Positions 28,566 to 39,124 of a stretch of 64,000 nt of DNA are shown here, piece by piece. The stretch is from the IMG/VR virus record IMGVR_UViG_3300025018_000113, positions 1-64,000 of that record. One strand, given 5' to 3'. The stretch comes from a virus. The notes beneath the pieces were generated by a model. The model did no database searches. It was not told where the DNA came from and saw nothing but the letters and a program-made list of their open reading frames with translations. How positions within the stretch are numbered: position 1 is the first letter of the stretch; the number at the start of each line of letters is the position of its first letter. A program made the translations under genes and the position numbers.

Positions 28566-30170
28566 ATGCAACGTAAACAGCAAAACAGGATTTACAAAGT
28601 TGATGTGTTCAACGCTTTAGTTGTGGGCAAGTGTTGTTGCAGTGTGTGTGGAAAATTAGTTCAACACATTCAGAACATGGTTGATTGGCAAAGGTTTAGA
28701 AAAAGTGGAACAGTCTTTTGCTCAAAAAAATGCTCGATGTCTTGGCCAAGAATGGGGAAAGGGTTTGTCTCTAAGTGGGTTGAAGAAAATCAGAATAAAC
28801 ACAAGTGTCAAGTTTGTCAGAAGTTTATAAAGATTGCACCGTCACATAGAAATGGGATTCCAAAAACTTGCGGTCAGAAAGCTTGCGTTTCAAATTTTAT
28901 GAAAACAAGGCAACCCAGTAAGTATGAGGCTGTGCTAAAAAGGTTGGTTTATTGTCAGTGTCCAGAATGTAAAATACTGGGTGAGTGTGAGGAAACAAAA
29001 ATTGACCTTTCAGTTTATACAAGTAGGCAGCTTTCACACAACCCAAAGCGTGTTGGTAGAAAATTAACATATAAAAGTGGCCATAATGAATTTGGTGTGA
29101 CTGTATATAAAAACTGTATAGTGTGTGGTATTAAATATCTAGTAAGTAAACAAAGACGATTACACGTTGCTGGTGTTTGTGGGAAAGTGTGCGGTTGGAA
29201 GATTGGGCTAAGAAAAGAAAGAATTAAACGTAAGCCGTTATTAAATAAAAAAATCTCTAATTTATTAAATGGTGAAGTTGATATTGTTACTAAAATAAAG
29301 TATTCCATGGGACAACCAAACGGTAAAATAGTAAAAGTTTATGTTCCATTGTATTGTAAAGGTTGTGGAAAAACTAAATTTGTAACACCTTCAGTTCTAT
29401 ACCATCGAAGAATTAAAAAGAATGGAAATGAATCACAAATGCTATGTATGTGGTGCGCCCCGTTGGGCCAAAAAAGAAGTTTCTGTTGGTGTGGGTTGGA
29501 AAGAAGAAAAGTGACTAAGAATCTGAGGAAAAAGGGTATGGGCAAATTTTGCAAACACCATGCTTATGTAAATAAGAGGTATAAACGAATAACAAAGGAG
29601 CTAAAAATGTTAGTTAAAGGTATGTCACAGAAAGAAGTTGTAAAAGTATTAGTTGAAAAAATTCATTTAATTTTAGCAAAGCAAAGGGACAATGAAACTG
29701 AATTGACAATGTGTTTAATAGAATTGGAAAAATTAGATGCTGAAAAGTATTTTGATGTTTATTCAACATTTGGTGAGTTGATTGAAGGTGAATTTGGTTG
29801 GACTGAAATAAAGTTCAAAAGTGCAAAAAATATGATGCTGTCTTACGGAGCTGAAAGGTTTAGGGAATATGGGAGAGAAACTTTACAGTGCCTATCGAGA
29901 CTTAATGATAAATCACAAGGTGATTTATTTCTTAAACTTCAAGAATATAAAATGAAAAGAAATAAATCACCTTCTTATGGAACAGCTGCAACATGGGTGC
30001 GTGAAGCTGGTGGCAAGGTTCACGATAATGAAACTGGTTCTAAGGTTGTCAACATTAAGAAGAAATATTTGGAAGCATTAGAAGAAATAAAAAACTTAAA
30101 CAAAATTGTCCGTGAACAGTCAGAAGAAATTGCAAGACTAAACGTGTATATCAAAGGAAAAATAGTATGA
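28566..30170 (+). CDS. Multi-zinc-ribbon protein with helical/coiled-coil C-terminal domain
   Basis: More than ten CxxC-type pairs in the first 340 aa; internal AAGGAG and in-frame ATG at 29607. Confidence 0.7.
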   Translation: MQRKQQNRIYKVDVFNALVVGKCCCSVCGKLVQHIQNMVDWQRFRKSGTVFCSKKCSMSWPRMGKGFVSKWVEENQNKHKCQVCQKFIKIAPSHRNGIPKTCGQKACVSNFMKTRQPSKYEAVLKRLVYCQCPECKILGECEETKIDLSVYTSRQLSHNPKRVGRKLTYKSGHNEFGVTVYKNCIVCGIKYLVSKQRRLHVAGVCGKVCGWKIGLRKERIKRKPLLNKKISNLLNGEVDIVTKIKYSMGQPNGKIVKVYVPLYCKGCGKTKFVTPSVLYHRRIKKNGNESQMLCMWCAPLGQKRSFCWCGLERRKVTKNLRKKGMGKFCKHHAYVNKRYKRITKELKMLVKGMSQKEVVKVLVEKIHLILAKQRDNETELTMCLIELEKLDAEKYFDVYSTFGELIEGEFGWTEIKFKSAKNMMLSYGAERFREYGRETLQCLSRLNDKSQGDLFLKLQEYKMKRNKSPSYGTAATWVREAGGKVHDNETGSKVVNIKKKYLEALEEIKNLNKIVREQSEEIARLNVYIKGKIV

Positions 30171-30319
30171 GTGGCAAAAAAGAAAAATCAGTTCAAGTTA
30201 AGATTCCAGACGCGCTTTATTTGAAAGCGAAAATGAAACTTTTGAAACGTGGTTTGAGTTGGCAAGATTTTCTGTTGAAGAAGGTGGAAGCGTTTGTTGA
30301 AGGTAAGAAAAAAAAATAA
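30167..30319 (+). CDS. Small RHH-like DNA-binding protein (50 aa)
   Basis: Hand-read MSGKKEKSVQVKIPDALYLKAKMKLLKRGLSWQDFLLKKVEAFV; ATGA overlap with the upstream stop. Confidence 0.6.
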   Translation: MSGKKEKSVQVKIPDALYLKAKMKLLKRGLSWQDFLLKKVEAFVEGKKKK

Positions 30320-30379
30320 CCTTTTTACATCGGTGTTGACATAACTGAAAAGTATTGATAAGTTTACATCACTCAAAAA

Positions 30380-31560
30380 ATGAAATGCACAAAACATGAT
30401 GACGATGATGAAGGAAGCATGAAGAAACTTAAAAAATCAAAACAACTGTTTGAATGTAACAACAAACTTCACATTAGTGGTGACGCTGAACCTTGTGTGA
30501 TGGTTGCAAAACAGTTTGATGTTTGTGAAGTGTGCAAAGATTATGTGTTTGGTCAAACCTACACAAGAACTTCACACGATGCAAACCCACACCTTCCAGA
30601 AATGTTCAAAGAAGTTTCAAACAGGTTCGGCCAGGGTGAAGCAAAAGCAATCAACCTGTTGACAGGTAAACCACTATGATGATTTTTGACAAAGATAAGT
30701 TTGAAAAAATAAAGAACAGGTGGGAACTTGAAAAAAGAATTTCAGCTGACCACGTGGAATTTTTATTGAAGGGTGGTGAAAGACTTGTTTCACTAGAAGA
30801 TTTTCGTGAAGTGAAATTTTGTGGAACACTTCTTTCTGGTTTAGTGAAAGCTTACAAGCACTGTGCAAGCAAACAATCAACTGAACTTTTTATGGAAGAC
30901 TTCAAAAGCCTTCTTACACAAAGTGAATATGCACGTTTTAATGATTTGGTAAGGTTTGATTTATTGTCAAAGCCTGAAAAGAAAAATGGTTGTTATAAAC
31001 TTAACGTCAAAAAGTCAAAAGAGTTTTTGCGTGGTGAAGACACAATCATCAAAGCTTATTTCAGAAATAAGACAACCAAAGAAATTATTCCAAGCACTGA
31101 AAAGATTGGAATTGATGAAGTTCCCAGCGTGGACAAGTTAAGGGAAGAAATGGGTGACAAGTTCACACGTTACAAAACAAGGGAAACGCTATGAACGAAC
31201 TAGAAGCAATCAAAGAATTGTTACACCAAAAGGTGGACAAACTAAACTGGTTGAAAATTAAAAAGAGTGTTGACCCAGTTTTATTCTGGGAAAGGTATGA
31301 CATCAATTTTCAGATAACTGAAAGTGAATTGAGAAATAAAAAGGAAGACCAAGATGAAGAAAGCAATTAAAGTGACAAGCGCAATGACAAACCAAAAACT
31401 TTTCCTTGATGTGGAAGAAGTGGCTGGTGTTGAAGGCGTTGAAGGTGCCCGTGATGCACAAAATGCAAAAGCAAAAATTTATACAAAGACAAAAGGCAAT
31501 TTTTATGTGAATGAACCAGCTGAACCAATTGCCCAACAGGTTTTTGAAAATATTAAGTAA
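30380..31560 (+). CDS. Four hypothetical genes (30380, 30676, 31191-31370, 31354)
   Basis: Packed ORFs downstream of TTGACA at 30336. Confidence 0.6.
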
Positions 31561-31570
31561 AGGGGAAAAC

Positions 31571-32158
31571 ATGAACAATTCAGAATTCAAACAGAACGCT
31601 TTAAGAACTGAAAGCATGGACTTTGAAAAAATCAAAGCACGTCTTTCTTATGCACCAGTGGGTGCGGCTTTGCTTATCGAATTGCAAAGAACAGTGGAAC
31701 AGCTTCAAAAACTTGATTCACTTAAAAAATATTTATTTTATGGAAAAGAAAGTCAATTTTTAGTTGATTGGGAAAAGAATCACTGGCCAATGATTTCAGC
31801 GGCCCACGAAAACCCAGCTGAATTGATGACACAAGCAAAACGTGTTGCTGATGTACTTTCAAACATCAGACTTCTTCATGGTGTAATTGGACTCAACACA
31901 GAAGGTGGGGAACTGATTGAAGCTTTCTTGAAAGTCACACGTGGGGAATTTGTTGACGGTGTGAACTTCATGGAGGAAGTGGGGGATGTAAATTGGTATG
32001 AAGCAATCATTGCTGATGTGCTTATGTTTGAAGTTGATGAAGCAAATGAACGTGTGATTGCAAAACTTAAAGCAAGATTTCCAGACAAGTTCACTGAAAG
32101 TAATGCAATCAATCGTGACTTGGGAACTGAAAGACAAATTTTAGAAGGACAACAATAA
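31571..32158 (+). CDS. MazG-like nucleotide pyrophosphohydrolase
   Basis: LLHGVIGLNTEGGEL, EEVGDVNWY, AKLKARFPDKF. Confidence 0.85.
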   Translation: MNNSEFKQNALRTESMDFEKIKARLSYAPVGAALLIELQRTVEQLQKLDSLKKYLFYGKESQFLVDWEKNHWPMISAAHENPAELMTQAKRVADVLSNIRLLHGVIGLNTEGGELIEAFLKVTRGEFVDGVNFMEEVGDVNWYEAIIADVLMFEVDEANERVIAKLKARFPDKFTESNAINRDLGTERQILEGQQ

Positions 32159-32197
32159 ACTGTCAGAACAATTTCTGACCAAACAAAGGATGAAGAA

Positions 32198-32536
32198 ATG
32201 GAAACACAAGAACTGGCACCAGCTGTTGAATCAAAGAAGACAGTTAAGAAGCAAAAGAAAGCAATCAAAGCTGAACTAGGTGCAACAAACCTAAATAAGC
32301 TGAAAGGTGAATTGAAGAAAATTTCAACCGCTTTCACAAACGTGTTGAGTGGTGGGGTGAAACCTGAATTTGTTGTGGCCTTGATTCACGATGTGACACG
32401 CATCAAGAAGAAGGAAGTCAGAAAGGTTCTGGAAACAGCAAGCAACCTTGAAAGCCTTTTCTTAGTTCCAGCAACCCGTAAAACGGCCACGGCTAAAAAG
32501 GCAACCAAAAGAAAGACTAAAAAGGCTTCACGATAA
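32198..32536 (+). CDS. Basic hypothetical protein
   Basis: 112 aa with a Lys/Ala-rich C-terminal tail. Confidence 0.65.
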   Translation: METQELAPAVESKKTVKKQKKAIKAELGATNLNKLKGELKKISTAFTNVLSGGVKPEFVVALIHDVTRIKKKEVRKVLETASNLESLFLVPATRKTATAKKATKRKTKKASR

Positions 32537-32570
32537 GGACAGAACCTTGTCAAATTTAGGTTTTAAGGTG

Positions 32571-32596
32571 GGGGTGCCTTAAATGGTGCCCCTTTT
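32571..32596 (+). terminator. Intrinsic terminator
   Basis: GGGGTGCC-TTAAAT-GGTGCCC followed by TTTTT. Confidence 0.6.
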
Positions 32597-32924
32597 TGGT
32601 TTAATAGCTGTAAAGGGCTTTTATGTGCGTGTAGGAAGGTGTTTTTCTGACTAATTGTGTCATGTAAGTGGTGGAAAGGTGTGAACTGTGACCCCAGAAG
32701 GGCCAGGCACAGAAGACGGTAAAGAACCTTGTGAACTTTTGGTTGAAGCCTTAGTTGAAGAATCATCAATGAGCGCAACAAAGTTTTGTGTGACTTTGCA
32801 GAAACGTGGAATTGATTCTGACTGGTGGGCAATTTATGAAGGTAACAAGAAAGATTATAAAGAAATAGCTGACCAAATAAACAAAGCAATGAAAAGGTTT
32901 GGTTTAGTCAAATAGGTGACAACT

Positions 32925-34793
32925 ATGAAAAAGAAACTTACAAAGAAAGACTATGACCTTGCTTATGAACGTGGTGAACCACTAATAAGTGATGAAGAAT
33001 ATGATGCAAAGTTTGGCTTGAATTCAACTGGAAAGATTCTTGATGAAGAAACACCGTGGGAAAAGTGCAATCATAAAATTCCAATGGCATCATTGAACAA
33101 AGTTCCATTAGATGATTTCAAAACATGGGTGAAGAAGAACAAGCTTCAAAGCTGTCAGTTTGTTGCATCGTACAAATACGATGGAATGGCCCTTGTGCTT
33201 TACTACAAAAAAGGAAAACTTATCAATGCTGTCACACGTGGTGATGGTTCCATTGGTGAAGACATCACAAGAAATGTTTTGAAGATGCAAAATGTTCTCC
33301 CAGAAATTAAAGACAAGAATGTGACGGCCTTAATTGGTGAAGCAATTATTCCAAGAAAGACTTACAACAAACACTTAAAAAATAAATATAAGAACATCAG
33401 AAACGCTGGTGCTGGAATTGCGAAACGATTCAAGGGTGAAACTGAATGTCACCACCTGTGTGTTCGTTATTACGGCCTTGTGACAAATGGTGAAATAAAT
33501 AGTGAACAGGAAAAGTTTGAAAAGCTGAAAGAATTTGGTTTGGAAAATATTTTTTACAAGAAGTGTGACGGTGCTGATGATGTTGAATCATTCTTTGCAC
33601 GTGCAAGTGAAGACAGGGACAATAAAAACTTTGAAGCTGATGGAATTGTTGTGACCATTGATGAAGTTCTTGTTCAGAATGGAATGGGCCGTGACCCAAG
33701 TGGAAACCCAAAATTTTCTGTTGCTGTGAAATACTCAAACCCAACAAAACAAACAAAACTAAAAGACATTGTTTGGAGTATGGGAAAAGCTGGAACCATC
33801 ACACCAGTGGCAAAAGTTGAACCAGTTGATTTGGGTGTGACTGTTGAAAACATTTCATTGGCTAATCTTGATGTTATAAAAAAACTTTGGAATGGTGAAG
33901 TTCCAAAACGTGGTGATGTGGTGGAAGTTGTAAGAAGCGGTGATGTTATTCCTTTAATACTAAGGGTTGTAAAAAAGAACGATAAGAACACAGCCACTTT
34001 CATCAACACACCTTCACAGTGCCCAACTTGTAATGAAAGCACTCTTGTTGATGGGCCTTTCCTTATTTGTGGGAATTCAGTTTGTGATTCCAGAAAACTT
34101 GGTGACCTTTATAAGTGGGCCGACAAAATAAAAGACCACTTTAAGGTGAAAGGTTTGGGGCCAGAAAGAATTGACCAAATGTTTGAAGCTGGAATTGTTC
34201 AGACAGTTGATGACCTTTACACTTTACAACCAGAAGACCTAATTGGTGAAATTTCTGGTGTGAAAGAAAAATCAGCTGAAAACATTCTTGCTTTCCAGAA
34301 ACATAAAGAATTCCCACTTCCATTATTTCTGTCATGTTTGAACATACCATCAATAAGTGAATCAATTTTCACCCTGGTCACTGATTCTGGACATGACACG
34401 CTTGAAAAAGTCATGAAGTTAAGTGTTGAAGAACTTGCACAGATTGGTGGACTGGGTGAAATTAGGGCCAAAACAATTGTTGAATGGTTGAAGAAAAAAG
34501 AAAAATTGATTGAAGAAGTTCTTGCACATATCACAATAAAAAAACCAGTGAAAAAGAAACTTGATAGTGTTACACTGAAAGGGAAGTCTTTCTGTTTTAC
34601 AGGAAAACTAAGTCAATCACGCGGCCACTATGAAACTATAGTAAAAAATAACGGTGGTGACTTAAAGGGAATCAGCAAGTCATTAGACTTCTTGGTTGTT
34701 GGTGAAAACGCTGGTTCAAAACTTGAAAAGGCCAATGCCTTTGGAATAAAAATTTTGACTGAAAAAGAATTTATGGAACAGGTGAAAACATGA
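32925..34793 (+). CDS. ligA: NAD+-dependent DNA ligase
   Basis: ISDEEYD, MASLNK, KYDG, TRGDG..GEDIT, DGIV, ITPVA, RSGDVIP, C4 zinc finger, HhH, BRCT FCFTG...AGSKLEKA. Confidence 0.96.
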   Translation: MKKKLTKKDYDLAYERGEPLISDEEYDAKFGLNSTGKILDEETPWEKCNHKIPMASLNKVPLDDFKTWVKKNKLQSCQFVASYKYDGMALVLYYKKGKLINAVTRGDGSIGEDITRNVLKMQNVLPEIKDKNVTALIGEAIIPRKTYNKHLKNKYKNIRNAGAGIAKRFKGETECHHLCVRYYGLVTNGEINSEQEKFEKLKEFGLENIFYKKCDGADDVESFFARASEDRDNKNFEADGIVVTIDEVLVQNGMGRDPSGNPKFSVAVKYSNPTKQTKLKDIVWSMGKAGTITPVAKVEPVDLGVTVENISLANLDVIKKLWNGEVPKRGDVVEVVRSGDVIPLILRVVKKNDKNTATFINTPSQCPTCNESTLVDGPFLICGNSVCDSRKLGDLYKWADKIKDHFKVKGLGPERIDQMFEAGIVQTVDDLYTLQPEDLIGEISGVKEKSAENILAFQKHKEFPLPLFLSCLNIPSISESIFTLVTDSGHDTLEKVMKLSVEELAQIGGLGEIRAKTIVEWLKKKEKLIEEVLAHITIKKPVKKKLDSVTLKGKSFCFTGKLSQSRGHYETIVKNNGGDLKGISKSLDFLVVGENAGSKLEKANAFGIKILTEKEFMEQVKT

Positions 34794-35266
34794 CTGATGA
34801 AACAACAGAAGAAGGGAAACCAGAAAGACCAAAGTTGAAAAGCTTGGAAGACTTCAAACCAGAAGAAAGCACCGGTAAGATTTTTGATTTCCAGAAGGCA
34901 AAAGAAGAACGTGAAGAAGATGATGAAGAAATCATGTGGCCACCAAAATTAAGAACAAAGTTTTGTTTCCAACACGGTGAACAGGTTTTCAACTTTGATG
35001 TTGGCCCTTGCGGTGATGGGTTTCATATTGGTTTCATTTCTTTCAAAGAAATGCAAACACCTTTTGGAACAATCGTGGCACAGCACCCAGTTTTGGACAA
35101 ACACGTTGAATTAAATAAGTTTGAAAAATTGTTGACCAAAATAGGTTTTAAGTTTGACATTGAAAAGCGTGTGGAACTGGAAACGCTAAACATGAAAAAG
35201 AAAATTGTCAAGATTCTTGATGATAGAAAGAAAGCTGAAAAAATAAAAAATAAATTCAGGTTGTGA
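34790..35266 (+). CDS. Hypothetical protein
   Basis: 158-aa ORF translationally coupled to the ligase. Confidence 0.65.
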   Translation: MTDETTEEGKPERPKLKSLEDFKPEESTGKIFDFQKAKEEREEDDEEIMWPPKLRTKFCFQHGEQVFNFDVGPCGDGFHIGFISFKEMQTPFGTIVAQHPVLDKHVELNKFEKLLTKIGFKFDIEKRVELETLNMKKKIVKILDDRKKAEKIKNKFRL

Positions 35267-35354
35267 TTATTCCAGAACTTGGTAAAATGATTCTTGAGGG
35301 ATTATAAAAACGTGTTCAATCTTGATGTGATGGGTTCCCCTAGTGGCCAACATC

Positions 35355-35398
35355 GAACGGGCCAGAACACGGCCCTGTCATTTGGCCCGTTCTTTTTT
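35355..35398 (+). terminator. Intrinsic terminator
   Basis: GAACGGGCCA...TGGCCCGTTC 10-bp stem followed by TTTTTT. Confidence 0.75.
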
Positions 35399-35442
35399 AC
35401 ATTTAGGCTTTCATTTCAAGCACTTGGTTGGTGCTTTTTTTA

Positions 35443-35472
35443 TTGACTTTTATTACTACATTGTAGTAAAAT
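35443..35472 (+). promoter_or_regulatory. Sigma70-like promoter with palindrome TACTACATTGTAGTA across the spacer
   Basis: TTGACT (35443) and TAAAAT (35467); palindrome at 35454-35468; ATG at 35479 with no RBS (possibly leaderless). Confidence 0.7.
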
Positions 35473-35478
35473 AGTTAT

Positions 35479-35864
35479 ATGAAAACACAAATTAAACAAA
35501 GAATTGAAAAATTAAAAAATGAAATCAAAGACCTTGAACTTGAATGGGAAAAATTTGATTCAACTGGAATGGCAACAAAACAGGAAGCGATTGTGAAAAA
35601 GATGCTGGAAAAGGTTGATGAAATTAAAGGTCTTGAGTGGTTACTAAACTTCATAGGGGAATAGTTATGAAAGTTTTTGTAAAATTAAATTTAAGAACAA
35701 AGAAATTTTCTGGAACTGAATTCTTCACTGGTAAGGTTCTTTTCACAGGCTTAAAAAAGATTCCTTACAAAAAAGATGCTGTCATCATTTACACTGGTAA
35801 GGGAAACAATGTTCACCCTAGTCTTTGGAAAGATGATTGGTTTGAAGAAATGAAAGGGGAATAA
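35479..35864 (+). CDS. Two small hypothetical genes
   Basis: ORFs 35479..35664 and about 35667..35864. Confidence 0.6.
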
Positions 35865-35866
35865 TC

Positions 35867-36658
35867 ATGATTTTTGATGACAGTTTGGCCAGAAAAGAAA
35901 CGCTTCAAGATAAGGTGAAGAACCGTGATGAAGAAGCTGAAATCATCCTTCAAATTTTACAGCTTGCAAAAAAGTTGAAACATTGCACTTATGAAGTGGC
36001 CGAAAAGGTCAGACACCCTGATTACATTGATGAACGTGACATTGAACACATTAGGAAAAAGCTTGATGTGAGATTCTGGCACCAGTGCCTTGAAGAATTT
36101 CAGGTTGAAAAGTTTTTGACCACAACGGACAAGGAAAAGCTTTATGAAAAGCTTGAAGATGAAGCACCAGTTTTCAACTTTGAAAATGTTATGGCAACAA
36201 TTCACGGTTTTATGAATTCAAAAGAAGCAACAGCAACGGCCATGATAAGAAAGATTTATGAAGAAGTGACTGATGTTGTTTTCAGAAAAGGGAATAGTTT
36301 TAGGGCAACAGGTGAAAAACGCCTTCAAACTGGAATTCCAAAAAGTTTCAGAGCCTCAATTTTTTACACTTATGGGAAAGGTCTTCCAGCTTATATTTCA
36401 TCAATGAATTCACGCTTTGCTTTAATTGAAGACCTTGAACGTGCTTGCTATCTAGTTGATGGTAAACTTCAACCTGACAGACAACTGAACATTCATTCAC
36501 TGGTTGATTTGGCCCTTAGGAACCATAGAAGCATTGTTGACGGCCCCTATTTCCAGCTGGAAATGTTCAAGAACGGTAATGTGAAGGTGACTTTCAAAAG
36601 CCTTGAAGTGTTGAAAACCTTAAATCATTGGGGGCAAAAAGGGAACAGGTTGAAATAA
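35867..36658 (+). CDS. DUF4942-like protein
   Basis: C-terminal YFQLEMFKNGNVKVTF...LN and DLER pattern recalled for this family. Confidence 0.6.
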   Translation: MIFDDSLARKETLQDKVKNRDEEAEIILQILQLAKKLKHCTYEVAEKVRHPDYIDERDIEHIRKKLDVRFWHQCLEEFQVEKFLTTTDKEKLYEKLEDEAPVFNFENVMATIHGFMNSKEATATAMIRKIYEEVTDVVFRKGNSFRATGEKRLQTGIPKSFRASIFYTYGKGLPAYISSMNSRFALIEDLERACYLVDGKLQPDRQLNIHSLVDLALRNHRSIVDGPYFQLEMFKNGNVKVTFKSLEVLKTLNHWGQKGNRLK

Positions 36659-36981
36659 AATTGCTACATTGTAGTAAAAACGGTCACTTAAACAATCACT
36701 TTTTTCTGGTGTTATTTCCTACATTGTAGTAATATTAAATCAAGGAAGCAAACAAGGGGAAACACAATGAACACTGAAATCTTAAACTTAACTGAAAAAC
36801 AAGCACAAGAATTAAGAGAAAGATTTGCACAAGCTATGAAAGGACAGAAAGAATCTGAAACAAAAGAAAAAGTTTTGAAAGTTGATTGGCTTGATGATTC
36901 TGTTCAGTATGTTACAAAATAAGAAACAATAAAATGGGGCCAGGCGGTGGCCCCACATATTTTGAAGGTGATGGTGATTTT

Positions 36982-37524
36982 ATGAAACTTACACAAACAA
37001 AATTTTTGACTGATGATGAACTTGACCAATTAAGAAAGAACCTTGCAATGACCAGAAACCAGTTCCACGTTCTTTTGGTTGAATTCGCTTTGTTCACTGG
37101 TGCAAGGTCAGCTGAAATTGTTGAAGTCAGAACAAGTGACCTAAACAATAATGGAACAGTAACCATCAAAGGAAAGAAGGGAAGCAATGACAAAACGGTT
37201 CCACTCCCACCAGCCTTTTTTCAGCGTTTGAAGAAATATGTTTCAACAATAAAGAACGGTGGAAATATTTTCCCAGTTTCAACTAGAATGTTCAGAAAGA
37301 TTTGGGCCAATGTAACACCAAACAAAGACAAAAGCCTTCACAGTCTTAGACACACAATGGGTGTGAAACTTTACAACAACTGTGAAGACATTCATGCTGT
37401 GAAGACCATGTTGGGGCATAAGAACATTAGTTCAAGCATGGTTTACCTTGACTTTATTGAAGGTAATAGAAAACTTAAAAATTCCATAAAAAATATGTGG
37501 AATAAAAAATTGGATGTTGCATGA
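36982..37524 (+). CDS. Small tyrosine recombinase (catalytic domain only)
   Basis: TGARSAE (R), KGKK (K), HSLRH, LGH, VYL (Y); no N-terminal core- or arm-binding domain. Confidence 0.9.
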   Translation: MKLTQTKFLTDDELDQLRKNLAMTRNQFHVLLVEFALFTGARSAEIVEVRTSDLNNNGTVTIKGKKGSNDKTVPLPPAFFQRLKKYVSTIKNGGNIFPVSTRMFRKIWANVTPNKDKSLHSLRHTMGVKLYNNCEDIHAVKTMLGHKNISSSMVYLDFIEGNRKLKNSIKNMWNKKLDVA

Positions 37525-37621
37525 TTGATAAGAAGTCTTTAGCAGAAAATGGAAGGATGGTGTGGTCAAATAAACTTGACCACGTTGCTTAAATATTCAC
37601 CCACCTTGTTTGTTCTTAAAT

Positions 37622-37650
37622 AGGCCTGGCCATTAGTGCTGGGCCTTTTT
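37622..37650 (+). terminator. Intrinsic terminator
   Basis: AGGCCTGGC-CATTAGT-GCTGGGCCT followed by TTTT. Confidence 0.7.
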
Positions 37651-37717
37651 ATTGCACATTTTCCAGAACGTGGTAAAATCTTTGTTATACATTGTTATAC
37701 AATCAAGGAAGGTTGTT

Positions 37718-39124
37718 TTGCCTAAAAAAAGTCAGCTGAAAGACATCAGCAAAGAACAATTCAAAAAAGTTTACAATGACCTAAACGCCTTCAAAACAGT
37801 TCTGGAAGTTGGGGAACAGTTTGGGGTTTCAGAAAGGACAGTCAGGGTTTGGGCCGAAAAATTACGGCTGGAAGGTGTTGACCTTGTTGACCGTTCCAAG
37901 AATGGGATGTTCAGGCCAAAAGACAACCACATTCTTCAAGCAAGAACCAGAAGGGAAAATGAGCTTCTGGTAAAGATTGAAAAAGTAAACTTACAGCTGG
38001 AAGAATTGAAGAAAGAAAACAAAGATTTGAAACAGGCACCACCACTAAATTTTGAAGATAGGGTGGAAGTAAAAAAATTAAAAGATGAAGTCACAAAATT
38101 AAACGCTGACTTGCGTGAAGCTGAAAGACAAGCACTGACATCAGCACACTTGACCAACATGATTTGGGACATGAAGAAGCATGACTTTGGAAGTGTGCCC
38201 GATTGGTTGCAACCAAAGCAAAGCAAAAATGAAACACATGGAATTCCATGCTTGTTTCTTTCAGACATTCACTTTGATGAATACGTTGACCCAGCACAAA
38301 TCAATTATGTAAACGAATTCAACCGTGACATTGCAACCAAAAGACTTCAACACACTTTCAACACTTCCATTGACATTCTTTTCAACAGAACAAAAAACCC
38401 AGTTTATGACGGTTTTGTTTTGGCCCTTGGCGGTGACCTTCTTTCAGGAAACATTCATGAAGAACTTGCTGAAACAAATGAAGATTCAATCATGCGTTCA
38501 TTGTTGGCACTTACTGACATTCTTATTGATGGTGTTGAACTTCATTTGAAATATTTCAAAAGAATCTTTATTCCTTGTGTTGTTGGTAACCATGGAAGGC
38601 TTCACAAAAAACCACGTGCAAAAAATAAGGTCTTTGACAATTATGAATGGCTGGTTTACCAGTTTATGGCCAGGCACTTCAAGAATGATGACCGTGTGAC
38701 GTTCTTGATTCCTGATGGGCCTGATGCGCATTTCAGAATTTATGACCAAGGTTTTCTTCTTACACACGGTGACCAGTTCAGGGGTGGAAATGCCATTGCT
38801 GGAATCTTTTCACCATTGATGTTGGGCTTTCATAGAAAGCAAAAGAAACAAGCATCAGTAAACAAGTCTTTTGATGTCATGATGGTTGGACACTTTCACC
38901 AGTATGTTCACACAAATCAACTTGTCATAAATGGAAGTGTGAAAGGTGCTGATGAATTTTCAAATATTATGAATTTTTCTTTTGAAAGACCACAGCAAGC
39001 TTTATGGGTGAACCACCCAGAAAATGGAATGGTTTTTAGAACACCTATATTGTGCGATTCCTATGAAAATGGTAGGACTGATTTCAAAAAGAATTCAGTT
39101 TTTCAAATCGGCGGTAACGGGTGA
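37718..39124 (+). CDS. HTH + coiled coil + calcineurin-like metallophosphoesterase
   Basis: VGEQFGVSERTVR; SDIH, GGD, GNHGR, THGD, GHFH; TTG start preceded by AAGGAAGG. Confidence 0.85.
   Translation: MPKKSQLKDISKEQFKKVYNDLNAFKTVLEVGEQFGVSERTVRVWAEKLRLEGVDLVDRSKNGMFRPKDNHILQARTRRENELLVKIEKVNLQLEELKKENKDLKQAPPLNFEDRVEVKKLKDEVTKLNADLREAERQALTSAHLTNMIWDMKKHDFGSVPDWLQPKQSKNETHGIPCLFLSDIHFDEYVDPAQINYVNEFNRDIATKRLQHTFNTSIDILFNRTKNPVYDGFVLALGGDLLSGNIHEELAETNEDSIMRSLLALTDILIDGVELHLKYFKRIFIPCVVGNHGRLHKKPRAKNKVFDNYEWLVYQFMARHFKNDDRVTFLIPDGPDAHFRIYDQGFLLTHGDQFRGGNAIAGIFSPLMLGFHRKQKKQASVNKSFDVMMVGHFHQYVHTNQLVINGSVKGADEFSNIMNFSFERPQQALWVNHPENGMVFRTPILCDSYENGRTDFKKNSVFQIGGNG

Noticed and set aside
35290-35400. 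tRNA gene
   Set aside because: No cloverleaf or T-loop consensus; no tRNA or rRNA was recognised anywhere in the window
36982-37524. Prophage integrase marking an att boundary
   Set aside because: Phage genes continue on both sides, no host genes are seen, and the protein lacks the N-terminal domains of typical integrases
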